The notes beneath the pieces were generated by a model. That model saw only the letters and a list, made by a program, of their open reading frames with translations. It was not told the DNA's origin and did not search any database. The position numbers and the translations under genes were made by a program. Source: Candidatus Binatia bacterium (GTDB lineage Bacteria; Desulfobacterota; Binatia; HRBIN30). Taken from it: DNA of 62,393 nt. Shown here piece after piece: positions 37,134 to 46,303 of the stretch (position 1 is its first letter; the number at the start of each line of letters is the position of its first letter). The stretch is from contig JBHHYR010000002.1 in assembly GCA_046757585.1 (NCBI GenBank), positions 1 through 62,393 of the forward strand. Reading direction: 5' to 3'.

Positions 37134-37206
37134 ATAGGTTTTGCGACGGCCCGTATAAGTCGTCGCGGCTTGAGGTGAGTGGGAAACCGGCGAGAGGTTC
37201 AGTCAA

Positions 37207-37923
37207 ATGGGTAGGACGCGATTCGTTCCTATGCGCAGCGCTTGGTTGATTTTGGCGTTTGCCGCGTGCTCGTGCGCCCGGCAGACGACCCAGCCCGTGC
37301 GGTTGCCACCGCTGGATGCGGCAGGCGCGGGCGTGAGTATGCTGAAGCCCGGGGAGTATCGCTTGCAGCCTGGTGACGTCATACGAGTAAAGTTTCTCTT
37401 TCATCCGGAACTGGATGTGAAGATGCCGATTCGTCCTGACGGTGACATCACCTTGCAAGTGGCCGGTGAGATTCACGCCGCCGGCCTAACGACCGCTGAC
37501 CTGGCGAAGGTGGTGCAGCAACGCAGCAGCGATCGTCTGCGGGAACCTGAAGTCGCGGTCTTGGTCGCGCAGCTGGCGCAGCAAAAGGTCTACGTTGGCG
37601 GTGAGGTCCGAGTCCCCGGGTTTGTAGTCTACCGGGCCGGCTTGAGCCCCCTCCAGGCGATCATGGACCGGGGTGGGTTTACCGCCACCGCCCGGGTTGA
37701 CAGCGTACTGCGGCTGTCCCCCGGGCAGAACGAATATCAGGGTACACGTCTGGATTTTACCAAGCCGCTGTCCGAAGGAGCCCCAGACAGCACCTGGCTG
37801 GCCGCGGGTGATGTCCTCTTTGTGCCGCGTACGTTCATTGGCGACGTGAATAGGTTCGTCAGGCTGTACATCCGCGGGGTCCTTCCGATCGAGCCTCGCG
37901 TGGGCGCCGGGACATCCTTCTAG
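37207..37923 (+). CDS. polysaccharide export outer-membrane lipoprotein (Wza/Poly_export plus SLBB)
   Basis: Lipobox LILAFAACSC. Poly_export motif YRLQPGDVIRVKF...PIRPDGDITL. SLBB-like KVYVGGEVRVPGFVVY. Confidence 0.85.
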   Translation: MGRTRFVPMRSAWLILAFAACSCARQTTQPVRLPPLDAAGAGVSMLKPGEYRLQPGDVIRVKFLFHPELDVKMPIRPDGDITLQVAGEIHAAGLTTADLAKVVQQRSSDRLREPEVAVLVAQLAQQKVYVGGEVRVPGFVVYRAGLSPLQAIMDRGGFTATARVDSVLRLSPGQNEYQGTRLDFTKPLSEGAPDSTWLAAGDVLFVPRTFIGDVNRFVRLYIRGVLPIEPRVGAGTSF

Positions 37924-37944
37924 GGTGGGAGGGAGACGCATTCG

Positions 37945-39504
37945 ATGGCCAACGAACCTCCGCGTCATAATCGAACGAACGGTTTGCGCAATGGCCCTGG
38001 CAATACCAACGCCAACGTGCACGGGCCGTACGCCGGCTACCTTGGTGGTGGCCAGAATGCCAGCGAACAAGTGCGGGATATTCTTCACGTGCTGTTCAAA
38101 CGGAAGCGCTTCATCGCCGCAGTGTTCTTGGCGATTACCCTTCCCGGGTTGATCGCCACACTGGTTCGCAAGCCCCGTTACGTTGCCAGTGCGAAGGTGA
38201 TGATTTCTAAGGAACGGACTGACCCCACTGTGCAGCCGACCGAGCTGACCAGGCTGGAAACCATTCAACTCAACGAGTCTCTAGTCAATTCCGAGGTACA
38301 CGTCATCACTAGCCGTGATCTTTTGGAGCACGTCGTGCGGGCGCTGGCCCTTTCAGGCGACGGAGGTGGCCCGTCGCGTCTGCTCTCGCGCCGGAGGCCG
38401 TTCGGCAAACAGGTGCTCACGATGGCGCGCAGCCTGAGCGTCACGCCGATCAAAGCGTCGAACGTGATTCAAGTCTCCTACCGGGCTGCGGACCCGGCGC
38501 GCGCCGCGCGCATCGTCAATCGTGTGGTCGACGAGTATCTCGCCTACCATGCGACGGTCCATGGCACCAAAGGGCTGCCCCGCTTCTACGATGAGCAGCA
38601 ACGCATTCTCGGGCGGAAGCTGCGTCGCGCGGAAGACGCGCTGGCCGCCTTTGCAACCGAACACGGCATCGTTGCCCCACAGGACGAGATCGAGGCCACG
38701 CTGCACACCGTGAGCAAGGTGCAAGGCTCGTTGCGGGATGTGACGACCAGTATCGTCGGTGCCGAAGAGCGCATCCGCGCCATTCGTGACCAGATTGCAT
38801 CGCAGCCAGAGGTGGTCAAGCAATCCCAGTTCCTCGACGTGAACCCAGTCATCACGCAACTTGCGACGCAAATCGTGGACCGCCAAGTTGATCGGGTCGC
38901 GCTGCGGCGAAAGTATACCGATAAAGACCGTCACGTGCGTGATAACGAAGAAGAAATTGCCGCGCTGGAGCAGCAAATCAAGGATGAGAAGCGCGAGAAC
39001 CCAACAATTGTGACGCACCAGATTTTCCGCAGCAATCCATTGCGAGAGGATCGTTTGCGTACCTTGCTCGAGCTGGAAAGCTCCCTCAGAGAGCTGCGGG
39101 CGCGGCAGGCCACGCTGGAAGAGGAAGAAAGTCGGGCGAACCGACGCCTGGTCAGTCTGCAGCGGCAGCGTGTCGAGTACGACCGCTTGAACCAGCAAGT
39201 CAGAAACAACCGCGACACCTATGAGCTCTACATCAAACGAGCGCAGGAGGCGCGCATCAGCCAGGCGATGGATGAACAAAAGCTAGTCAATGTCGACGTC
39301 GTGGAACGGCCGGCCTTGCCTCTCCCGCGTGCCGATAGACGGCGGATCTCGGTGGTTGTGCTGATCATTGCGGGTTTGGTCGTTGGCATTGCGGGCGCGT
39401 TCGGTCGCGAATACATGAGCCGCTCTCTACGTTCGGAGTACGATGTCGGGCGGCATCTGGGCCTGCCGCTGCTTGCGAGCATCGGTGATGCTTCCAGAGC
39501 GTGA
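37945..39504 (+). CDS. polysaccharide chain-length determinant (Wzz/GumC-type PCP)
   Basis: N-terminal TM (FIAAVFLAITLPGLIATLV) followed by PRYVASAKVMI. Long coiled-coil periplasmic region. C-terminal TM (ISVVVLIIAGLVVGIAGAF). Confidence 0.8.
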   Translation: MANEPPRHNRTNGLRNGPGNTNANVHGPYAGYLGGGQNASEQVRDILHVLFKRKRFIAAVFLAITLPGLIATLVRKPRYVASAKVMISKERTDPTVQPTELTRLETIQLNESLVNSEVHVITSRDLLEHVVRALALSGDGGGPSRLLSRRRPFGKQVLTMARSLSVTPIKASNVIQVSYRAADPARAARIVNRVVDEYLAYHATVHGTKGLPRFYDEQQRILGRKLRRAEDALAAFATEHGIVAPQDEIEATLHTVSKVQGSLRDVTTSIVGAEERIRAIRDQIASQPEVVKQSQFLDVNPVITQLATQIVDRQVDRVALRRKYTDKDRHVRDNEEEIAALEQQIKDEKRENPTIVTHQIFRSNPLREDRLRTLLELESSLRELRARQATLEEEESRANRRLVSLQRQRVEYDRLNQQVRNNRDTYELYIKRAQEARISQAMDEQKLVNVDVVERPALPLPRADRRRISVVVLIIAGLVVGIAGAFGREYMSRSLRSEYDVGRHLGLPLLASIGDASRA

Positions 39505-40250
39505 TTGGGCGCGCAGAACCGACCTTGAGCAAAATATACGAAGCCCTCAAGAAGGCGGAGCAGGATCGGGAGCGCACGCGCCTGCGTACCTATGCGCGTC
39601 CGGCGGCGGGCTCGGGGAGACCGGTGCCGACGGATGGGACGGAGGAAGACTACCAGAAGCTGCGCGCCAGCCTGGTATCGATCGCCGTCCCCTCGGGGTT
39701 GCACACCATTCTGATCACGGCGCCGCGGCATGGCGAAGGGGTGACGACGGTGGCTATCGGGCTTGCGACGGCGCTTGCCCAGGAACGCGAGTCGCGGGTC
39801 GTGCTGGTGGAAGGGAATCTGCGGACGCCCTGTTTCAGTACGCTGCTGCCCTTGACCACCGAATCCGGCCTGGCAGACTTTGCCGCCGGACGCGTGGCGC
39901 CGGAAGTACTGGCGACGCGCGTTGATGCGCTCAATTTCTCCGTGATCTCCGCAGGAGCCGCTCCCAGCCTTCCCATCAATTTTGAAATGCTCGATGCGCT
40001 GCTCACGCGACTGCGATCGCAGTTCGACTTCATCGTCATCGACGGGCCGCCCGTGAACCAATACGCGGACGCCAGCGTCCTGGCAACGAAAGTTGACGGC
40101 GTGATTCTCGTGGTTGAAGCGGACAGTACTCCTGTCGTGGACGCCGAGACGGCGAAGCGGCAGCTCGATAAAGTTGGGACGCGCATCCTGGGTGTCGTGC
40201 TGAACCGGCGGCGGTCCTACATTCCAGCGTTTCTCGAGAGCATTCTCTGA
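39501..40250 (+). CDS. BY-kinase/MinD-fold ATPase-like protein with degenerate Walker A and A' motifs
   Basis: GTG start overlaps the upstream stop (GTGA). Walker A position reads APRHGEGVTT, with Val where the Lys is expected. Walker A' reads LVEGNLRTP. Walker B FDFIVIDGPP is intact. No C-terminal Tyr cluster. Confidence 0.7.
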   Translation: MIGRAEPTLSKIYEALKKAEQDRERTRLRTYARPAAGSGRPVPTDGTEEDYQKLRASLVSIAVPSGLHTILITAPRHGEGVTTVAIGLATALAQERESRVVLVEGNLRTPCFSTLLPLTTESGLADFAAGRVAPEVLATRVDALNFSVISAGAAPSLPINFEMLDALLTRLRSQFDFIVIDGPPVNQYADASVLATKVDGVILVVEADSTPVVDAETAKRQLDKVGTRILGVVLNRRRSYIPAFLESIL

Positions 40251-40268
40251 GAGCAAGGCGACACGTGG

Positions 40269-41699
40269 GTGCAAGCGACTGGTACAAAGCAAACGTCGGG
40301 ATCGCGTGGACTCGGACCGACGCTGGCTCTGCTGCTTCTCGCTGCCTTGATTGGCATCGGCACCACCGTGGCCGGTGCTCTGGCGGTGCTGCCGGTATTC
40401 GGGCTGCTGTTGATTGTCTGGATCGTGGCGCGCCCCGAGTACGGTATCGCACTGTTCCTGTCGACGTTTCTCATGAACTACCCCAAGGCGTTGCAAGGAA
40501 CAGGATTCTTGACGATCAACAATGTCTTAGGAGGCATCTTCCTAGTCCTGCTCGCGTACGAGGTGTACCGCGAGGAAGACTGGTGGTTCCTGCGTGCCCC
40601 GGAAGTGCAGATCCTCGTGTTCATCGTCTTTGCCTTTTATCTTTCGGGGCGTTTTCATGCGCCGGACTCCGCCAAGCTGAGCCTGCTCGGCGTGCAGGTG
40701 ACCACTGCCGCGAATCTGCGAACCTTCATCAATCGGGTGGCCTTTGTCGTGTTCTTCATCAATTTCATCCGTGCGCCAGAACATATCCGCATGATCTATG
40801 TGCTGGCCCTGGCATTCATGGTTGTTACCGCGCTGACCGGGATTCAAAGTGTGTTGCAGGGGGGTGGGCTTTACGGTCAGCGTGCTACCGCTCGTGTCAT
40901 CCTCGCGGCCGTCAACCCAAACCGGTTGGCCATGTTCGCCATCCTTGCCATTGCGGGGCTGTGGTATCTGGCGCAGTCGTTGCAGCCGGTGGCGCTGCGC
41001 TTCGTCATTATCCCGACTATTGTTGTTCTCGCGTTGGCGGTGTTCATGACGGCATCACGCGGCGGTCTGCTTGGTCTGGGCGTGTGCGCTCTGGTCATTC
41101 TCATCGACCAACGTGCCTCCCTCACCATCATATTCAACCTGGCCCTGGCAGGGGTGCTCCTGATGATGTTGGTCCTCCGGTTTGTGCCGGCGAAGAGCCT
41201 CGAACGCATCACCAATTTGCCTGGGACGCAAGCCGGACGGACGGGAGAAGGAGCCGGGTCGTTGCAGCGGCGGCAATACGCCTGGCGGATTGCAATCGAC
41301 ATGGCTCGGGAAAGTCCGTTTCTCGGTGTGGGCATGGGCAATTGGGAGGTGGCGCGCTTTCTAAGGGATCCCACGCGTTCCACCGGCGCGCCGCACAGTT
41401 CCTACTTGCTGGCACTGGTGGAGGGTGGCGCCTTTTGCCTGACCGGTTTCCTCGTCTTGCTCTGGCGCACATGGCGCAACCTGCGCATTTCCGAGGATTA
41501 CCTCAGCGATCCGGCCTTCCCGCTCGCGGACCTACTCTGGATTGTGAAGAGTGCCAAGGTCAGCCTTGTGGTCTTGGTCTTCTTCTCGATTTTCGCGGAT
41601 CTCTGGCAATTGGTCATTCTGTTCTGGCTGGTGGGTCTGGGCATTGTGATTCGCCGGATGGTCGAGCGCACGGCCCTCGAAGAGATTGTCGCTTACTGA
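40269..41699 (+). CDS. O-antigen ligase/polymerase-like (Wzy_C) integral membrane protein
   Basis: About 10-12 hydrophobic helices and a large loop with MTASRGGLLGLGV...GAPHSSYLLALVEGG, typical of the Wzy_C/O-antigen-ligase family. GTG start. Confidence 0.75.
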   Translation: MQATGTKQTSGSRGLGPTLALLLLAALIGIGTTVAGALAVLPVFGLLLIVWIVARPEYGIALFLSTFLMNYPKALQGTGFLTINNVLGGIFLVLLAYEVYREEDWWFLRAPEVQILVFIVFAFYLSGRFHAPDSAKLSLLGVQVTTAANLRTFINRVAFVVFFINFIRAPEHIRMIYVLALAFMVVTALTGIQSVLQGGGLYGQRATARVILAAVNPNRLAMFAILAIAGLWYLAQSLQPVALRFVIIPTIVVLALAVFMTASRGGLLGLGVCALVILIDQRASLTIIFNLALAGVLLMMLVLRFVPAKSLERITNLPGTQAGRTGEGAGSLQRRQYAWRIAIDMARESPFLGVGMGNWEVARFLRDPTRSTGAPHSSYLLALVEGGAFCLTGFLVLLWRTWRNLRISEDYLSDPAFPLADLLWIVKSAKVSLVVLVFFSIFADLWQLVILFWLVGLGIVIRRMVERTALEEIVAY

Positions 41700-41731
41700 G
41701 TGCGACGGCGGAGCGACGAGTGGACGCAGCG

Positions 41732-42601
41732 ATGTACGCGCGGTTTCTGCAAGCTACGGGACACCGTGTTGTATCGACCCGCTCGGCGTATTGGTACGAT
41801 GCCAGTCGCGGCTTTTTTCTGAGCGCGCCAGCGCACCGGCTGTACGAGCCGGCCGACGACGAAGTGCGCGTCGTCCTACGGCAACCGCTGTGTCTTGGGG
41901 TACGCTTTGCGACGCCGCTCCACGGCAGTGGCAAACTCAGCTACCAGATCGTGTGCGACGACCAGAAATATGGCCTTGAGGGACTGACCGGAAACGTGCG
42001 CAGCAAAGTGCGTCGGGGCCTCAAACGGTGCGAGGTGGGGCCCGTCGCGTTGCCGGTGATCGCTACGGCAGGGCGCCGTGCCCACCAGGACACCCTGGCA
42101 CGTCAGGGGCGCGACGGTGGCTTGCGCGGCGAAAGCTGGCATCGGTTCTGGGCTGCGGCGGCGGGCACCGCTGGGGTCGAAGGCTGGGGAGCTTGGCGAG
42201 GCGACGTGCTGGCAGCGTTCTTGGTCACCGTGACGTTTGACGACAGTGTCGAGTTTTTGCTGGCACGCTCGCGCACCGATGAACTCGCAGCGTATCCCAA
42301 TAACGCGTTGATTTTCTATGTGGCCGAAGAGATGCTGGTGCGTCGCCATGTGCGAGAAATCACGTTCGGGCTGGAATCGCTGGAACCGGTTGCCCCACTA
42401 GACGAATTCAAGCTCGGCATGGGTTTCCGGCGCCGACCACTCCGCCAAAAGGTTGTGTTCCGCCCGTTCGTCCGCGCGCTGCTGCGCCAAGCACCGGTGC
42501 GGGCGCTCGTTCACCGCTGGAGCGACCGACACGGGTCTGCCGCGGTCTTTTGGCGCAAGGCGGCCGGGCTGCTGCGGTTTGCCGAAGAGGGCGGCCTGTA
42601 G
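41732..42601 (+). CDS. FemAB-like/GNAT-fold acyltransferase (CelD/BcsL-like)
   Basis: This is the C-terminal part of the long ORF 40265..42601. LAAFLVTVTFDDSVEFLLARSRTDELAAYPNNALIFYVAEEM resembles FemAB-type Acetyltransf_6 proteins. Start at ATG 41732 or GTG 41720. Confidence 0.55.
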   Translation: MYARFLQATGHRVVSTRSAYWYDASRGFFLSAPAHRLYEPADDEVRVVLRQPLCLGVRFATPLHGSGKLSYQIVCDDQKYGLEGLTGNVRSKVRRGLKRCEVGPVALPVIATAGRRAHQDTLARQGRDGGLRGESWHRFWAAAAGTAGVEGWGAWRGDVLAAFLVTVTFDDSVEFLLARSRTDELAAYPNNALIFYVAEEMLVRRHVREITFGLESLEPVAPLDEFKLGMGFRRRPLRQKVVFRPFVRALLRQAPVRALVHRWSDRHGSAAVFWRKAAGLLRFAEEGGL

Positions 42602-42613
42602 GGGACAGCCCTG

Positions 42614-43453
42614 ATGCACGGGCGCAACGCCGCTGTTGCCCGCCGGTACTATCCGGGCTATCGACCGCCCAAGCAGGCCTATCAGGAGGTCTTGGATCAG
42701 CAGGTGCAGTCAGACACCTCGTGGCTCGACATCGGATGTGGCCGGCGGGTGTGCGCGGACAAGACACTCAATCGGCTGTTGCCACGCCGCGCTCGTCTGA
42801 CCGTGGGATGCGATCGTGATCCTTACATTTCTGGCCATTCCAGCGTTAGGAACTTGGTGTTGTGCGACGCGGCGGCGTTGCCGTTTCGCAACGGCGTCTT
42901 CAGCTTGGTTTCCGCCTCCATGGTGCTGGAGCACTTGGAAGACCCCGAAGCAGTGTTTCGTGAAGTTGCCCGGGTGAGCCAGCCGGGCGGACGCTTCGTG
43001 GTCTTCACCCCCAACCGCTACAACTATGCAATGCTAGTTGCCGCTGTCACGCCGCATCGCTTCCACGTGCTCTGGAGGAAGTTTACCCATTACCTGGCTC
43101 GCGGACAGTGGCGGGATTTTGGTGCCGATCTCTTCCCGACTTGGTACCGGGCCAATTCCGCCAGCTGCCTGCGGTCTTTGCTCTCCCGGACGGCGTTCAA
43201 GGAAGAGCGAGTACAGTACTTGTCGCTCGCTCACTCGTTCGGCTTCGTGAGGCCGCTGTACGTGTTGTCGCTGCTGTTGGAACGGGCCATTCATCGCTGT
43301 GGCTTCCACATCCTGAAGGCGGATATTCTGGCTGTCTTCGTACACGACGGCCGAGCGCACACGTTGGGTCAGGGGCAAGGGGATGGCGGCGCCAGCCGGC
43401 CAGCCTCGAGTGGTGTTGCCGCCTGGAACGGCCGAGGTGCGGATGGCGTTTGA
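42614..43453 (+). CDS. class I SAM-dependent methyltransferase
   Basis: Motif I WLDIGCGRR and post-I/II LPFRNGVFSLVSASMVLEHL...PGGRFVV. Confidence 0.8.
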   Translation: MHGRNAAVARRYYPGYRPPKQAYQEVLDQQVQSDTSWLDIGCGRRVCADKTLNRLLPRRARLTVGCDRDPYISGHSSVRNLVLCDAAALPFRNGVFSLVSASMVLEHLEDPEAVFREVARVSQPGGRFVVFTPNRYNYAMLVAAVTPHRFHVLWRKFTHYLARGQWRDFGADLFPTWYRANSASCLRSLLSRTAFKEERVQYLSLAHSFGFVRPLYVLSLLLERAIHRCGFHILKADILAVFVHDGRAHTLGQGQGDGGASRPASSGVAAWNGRGADGV

Positions 43454-44657
43454 GAGTGCCAGTGGTATCCGAGCCGGGTCCACGGCTCAGCGGACAGTGG
43501 CGACGCGGACCGTTCCGTTTCATCGTCCTGACATCGGCGAGGAAGAAGTCAGTGCGGTGGTCGAGACACTTCGCTCGGGGTGGCTGACGCTGGGGCCACG
43601 GAGCCAGGCGTTCGAACAGGAATTTGCACGGGAAGTTGGAGCCCCGCACGCTGTCGCGGTCAACTCCTGCACCGCAGCACTACATCTCGCGCTGGACGGG
43701 CTGCAGCTCAGGCCTGGCGACGAAGTCATCACCAGCACGTTCACGTTCGCAGCAACTGGCGCCACGATCATCCACGCGGGTGCGCGGCCCGTCCTCGTCG
43801 ACTGCACGGCGGATACGCTCAACCTGGATCCGAGCGATGTTGCGCGGAAGGTGACACCCCGCACTCGGGCGATCGTGCCGGTGCATTTCGCGGGTCATCC
43901 GGCCGCCATGGATGAGCTGCTAGAGATCGCGCGGGCGCATCATCTCAGCGTCGTTGAAGACGGGGCGCATGCTCTGCCGGCCAGCTATCGCGGCCGGCGC
44001 GTCGGGAGCATCGGTGATCTGACCGCTTTCAGCTTCTATGCCACCAAGAACCTGACCACGGGCGAGGGGGGTATGCTGACCTTGGCCGACGGGGCTCTGG
44101 CCGAGCGCTTGCGAGCACGGCGGCTGCATGGCATGAGCCGCGACGCCTGGCGGCGCTATCGTGCCGACGGATCGTGGCGTTACGATGTGTCCTCGCCCGG
44201 CTTCAAGTACCACATGACAGATACTGCTGCCGCCATGGGATTAGTGCAGCTCCGGCGGCTCCCGGCGTTGCACCGCAGGCGCCGGCAGCTCGTGGCCCTG
44301 TACGACGAGCTCCTGGCCGGCACGGAGGAATTGCAGCTGCCCAGCGCACAGCCAGAAGTCGAACACGCCTGGCATCTGTACGTGATCCGGGTGCGACCAG
44401 AGCGGCTGCGGAGCCACCGCGACCGCATCATGGAAGAGTTGAAGGCGCAGGGGATCAGCACCAACGTGCACTTCATTCCGCTTCATTTGCATTCCTACTA
44501 CCGTGGCACCTTCGGTTATCGGCCTGAGGACTTCCCGGTCGCGTCTGCCGTCGCCGAGACGATCATGTCCCTGCCGCTTTTCACCTTGATGTCAGATGAG
44601 GACGTGCGCTACGTTGCGTCACGACTCCGCAGGATCCTGGATGGAAATCGACGTTGA
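43443..44657 (+). CDS. DegT/DnrJ/EryC1/StrS-family sugar aminotransferase
   Basis: VPFHRPDIGEEEV, LGPRSQAFEQEFA, and the PLP-Lys region DLTAFSFYATKNLTTGEGG. Start moved to ATG 43443. Confidence 0.9.
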   Translation: MAFESASGIRAGSTAQRTVATRTVPFHRPDIGEEEVSAVVETLRSGWLTLGPRSQAFEQEFAREVGAPHAVAVNSCTAALHLALDGLQLRPGDEVITSTFTFAATGATIIHAGARPVLVDCTADTLNLDPSDVARKVTPRTRAIVPVHFAGHPAAMDELLEIARAHHLSVVEDGAHALPASYRGRRVGSIGDLTAFSFYATKNLTTGEGGMLTLADGALAERLRARRLHGMSRDAWRRYRADGSWRYDVSSPGFKYHMTDTAAAMGLVQLRRLPALHRRRRQLVALYDELLAGTEELQLPSAQPEVEHAWHLYVIRVRPERLRSHRDRIMEELKAQGISTNVHFIPLHLHSYYRGTFGYRPEDFPVASAVAETIMSLPLFTLMSDEDVRYVASRLRRILDGNRR

Positions 44658-46158
44658 TGCCGCGAAGCGTGAATCCACCCTGGCGCGACGTCAACACGCT
44701 GCGGCGCGAGCCGGTCGGAGTGAGCGTGCCATGACGCGGCCAGGCATGTTTGCGAAGCACTGCGTGGATTTTACGTTGGCGCTCGCGGGAGTGATCTGCC
44801 TGTTACCGCTACTCGTGACCGTTGCCGTGCTCATCAAGTTGGATACGCCGGGACCGGTCTTCTTCCGACAGAAGCGGGTGGGACGGGGTGGCCGCCTCTT
44901 TGACATTTACAAGTTCCGAACCATGGTGGAGCGGGCCTACTTGATGGGATCGCGCCTGACGGTCAAGCGCGATCCGCGCGTCACGCGGCTTGGCAGGTTT
45001 CTGCGGTGGTCCAAGATCGATGAGTTGCCGCAGTTGCTCAACGTCTTGAGAGGCGAGATGAGCTTGATTGGGCCGCGCCCCGAAGACGCGCATTTCGTCA
45101 AATTCTACACCCCTCGGCAACGGCGCGTGTTGACGGTACGGCCCGGCGTTGTGGGTCCGAGCCAGATCTGGGGGCGGGACGAGGTCGAGGACTACCCCGA
45201 AGGGATCAAGGACACCGAGCAGTACTACGTGGAGCACATCCTGCCGGCGAAGCTGGAGCGCGACCTCGAGTACGTGGCAGCTGCGACGTTCTGGGGCGAC
45301 ATGTTATTGTTCGTCCGGGGTGCGTGGATCACGGTGCGCGGCGCGTTCCGGGCGAAGTACCTGTGGCGCCGCCGGCGACGCATAGCCCTCATGGGTCTCG
45401 ATGTGGCGCTGGCAGCCGCTTCGTATGCGCTGGCGCTGTTGATTCGTTTCGACTGGCACTGGCCAGGGCACGCAGAGTACACGCTCCAGACGATGGCACT
45501 CATCGCCCTGATCCGGCCCGTGGTGCTGGGGTACTTCGGGGCCTACCAGGGTGTCCTGTCGTACTTCGGATGGTGGGATCTCGTGGCCCTGTTCAAGGCG
45601 GTGTCGGTAGGGTCGGTGGCGGTTGCGGGGGTGACCTACTTCGCGGGCTCTCAGACGCATCCACGATCCGTGTTCGTGATCGACTGGGCGTTGCTGCTGT
45701 CGTTCCTGGTCAGCTCGCGCTATCTGTTCCGCACATGGGCGCGCCGGCATCCACGACGGCACGCGCGAGAAAGGGCAATCATAGTGGGTGCGGGACACGG
45801 TGGGGAACAGATCAGTCGTGCCTTACTTGAAGACCCGTCCTCCGGCTACCGTCCGATCGGTTTTATCGACGAGTCGCCAGAGCGATGGGGCTCCCGGATT
45901 CATGGCATCAAGGTCCTTGGCGGGGCCGCCGAGATGCGGCTGGCGCTTTCCGCGAATGGCGTCCGCGTAGTCTTCGTTTGTCTGTCGGATCTCACAGAGC
46001 CAACCGCCCGCGAGATAGCGGAGATCTGCACGAACGCCGGCATCGAATGTCGGATGCTTCCAGCCCTGAGCGAACTCTTGAATACTGACAGCTTCACCAT
46101 CGAACGGGCGGCCGGACAGACACCACCTGTGGCCGCACCGCACACCGAGCTGACGTGA
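44641..46158 (+). CDS. phosphoglycosyl transferase (bacterial sugar transferase domain) fused C-terminally to a 4-TM plus Rossmann-like (WbpM/PglF N-terminal-type) module
   Basis: PGT core: GPVFFRQKRVGRGGRLFDIYKFRTM and SKIDELPQLLNVLRGEMSLIGPRP. Downstream are TM helices and RAIIVGAGHGGEQISRALLED...YRPIGFIDES...IHGIKVLG. The start could also be ATG 44731. Confidence 0.8.
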   Translation: MEIDVDAAKRESTLARRQHAAARAGRSERAMTRPGMFAKHCVDFTLALAGVICLLPLLVTVAVLIKLDTPGPVFFRQKRVGRGGRLFDIYKFRTMVERAYLMGSRLTVKRDPRVTRLGRFLRWSKIDELPQLLNVLRGEMSLIGPRPEDAHFVKFYTPRQRRVLTVRPGVVGPSQIWGRDEVEDYPEGIKDTEQYYVEHILPAKLERDLEYVAAATFWGDMLLFVRGAWITVRGAFRAKYLWRRRRRIALMGLDVALAAASYALALLIRFDWHWPGHAEYTLQTMALIALIRPVVLGYFGAYQGVLSYFGWWDLVALFKAVSVGSVAVAGVTYFAGSQTHPRSVFVIDWALLLSFLVSSRYLFRTWARRHPRRHARERAIIVGAGHGGEQISRALLEDPSSGYRPIGFIDESPERWGSRIHGIKVLGGAAEMRLALSANGVRVVFVCLSDLTEPTAREIAEICTNAGIECRMLPALSELLNTDSFTIERAAGQTPPVAAPHTELT

Positions 46159-46303
46159 TCGGCAGCTTCTGCGTCCAGTGCTTTTGAACGAGCGCCCGTG
46201 CGCCGTCACCGGCGCGCGAGGCGTGTGACGGCACGAGAGCGCCACCCGCAGTGCGAAGGATTTTCCGCGCGCCCGGCCGTCGTATTAGAGGAAGGAGGGT
46301 ACC

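Noticed and set aside
36939-37249. 79-aa and 94-aa ORFs inside the leader between the NusG paralog and the exporter gene
   Set aside because: Arg-rich translations, no RBS, and one overlaps the well-supported exporter start. The region is treated as an untranslated leader.
40265-41731. N-terminal 489 codons of the 778-aa ORF 40265..42601, which would fuse a large extra domain onto the FemAB-like protein
   Set aside because: The translation is Arg/Gly/His/Cys-rich with no hydrophobic core or motifs. The overlapping frame (40269..41699) gives a coherent multi-TM Wzy/O-antigen-ligase-like protein. This is a typical stop-free shadow frame in high-GC DNA, and only the part from about 41732 is taken as coding.
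46202-46232. Inverted repeat GCCGTCAC-N15-GTGACGGC between the PGT fusion gene and the next SDR gene, considered as a terminator
   Set aside because: The loop is 15 nt, no U-tract follows, and the downstream gene has its own strong RBS within an otherwise continuous operon. Any regulatory role is unsupported.
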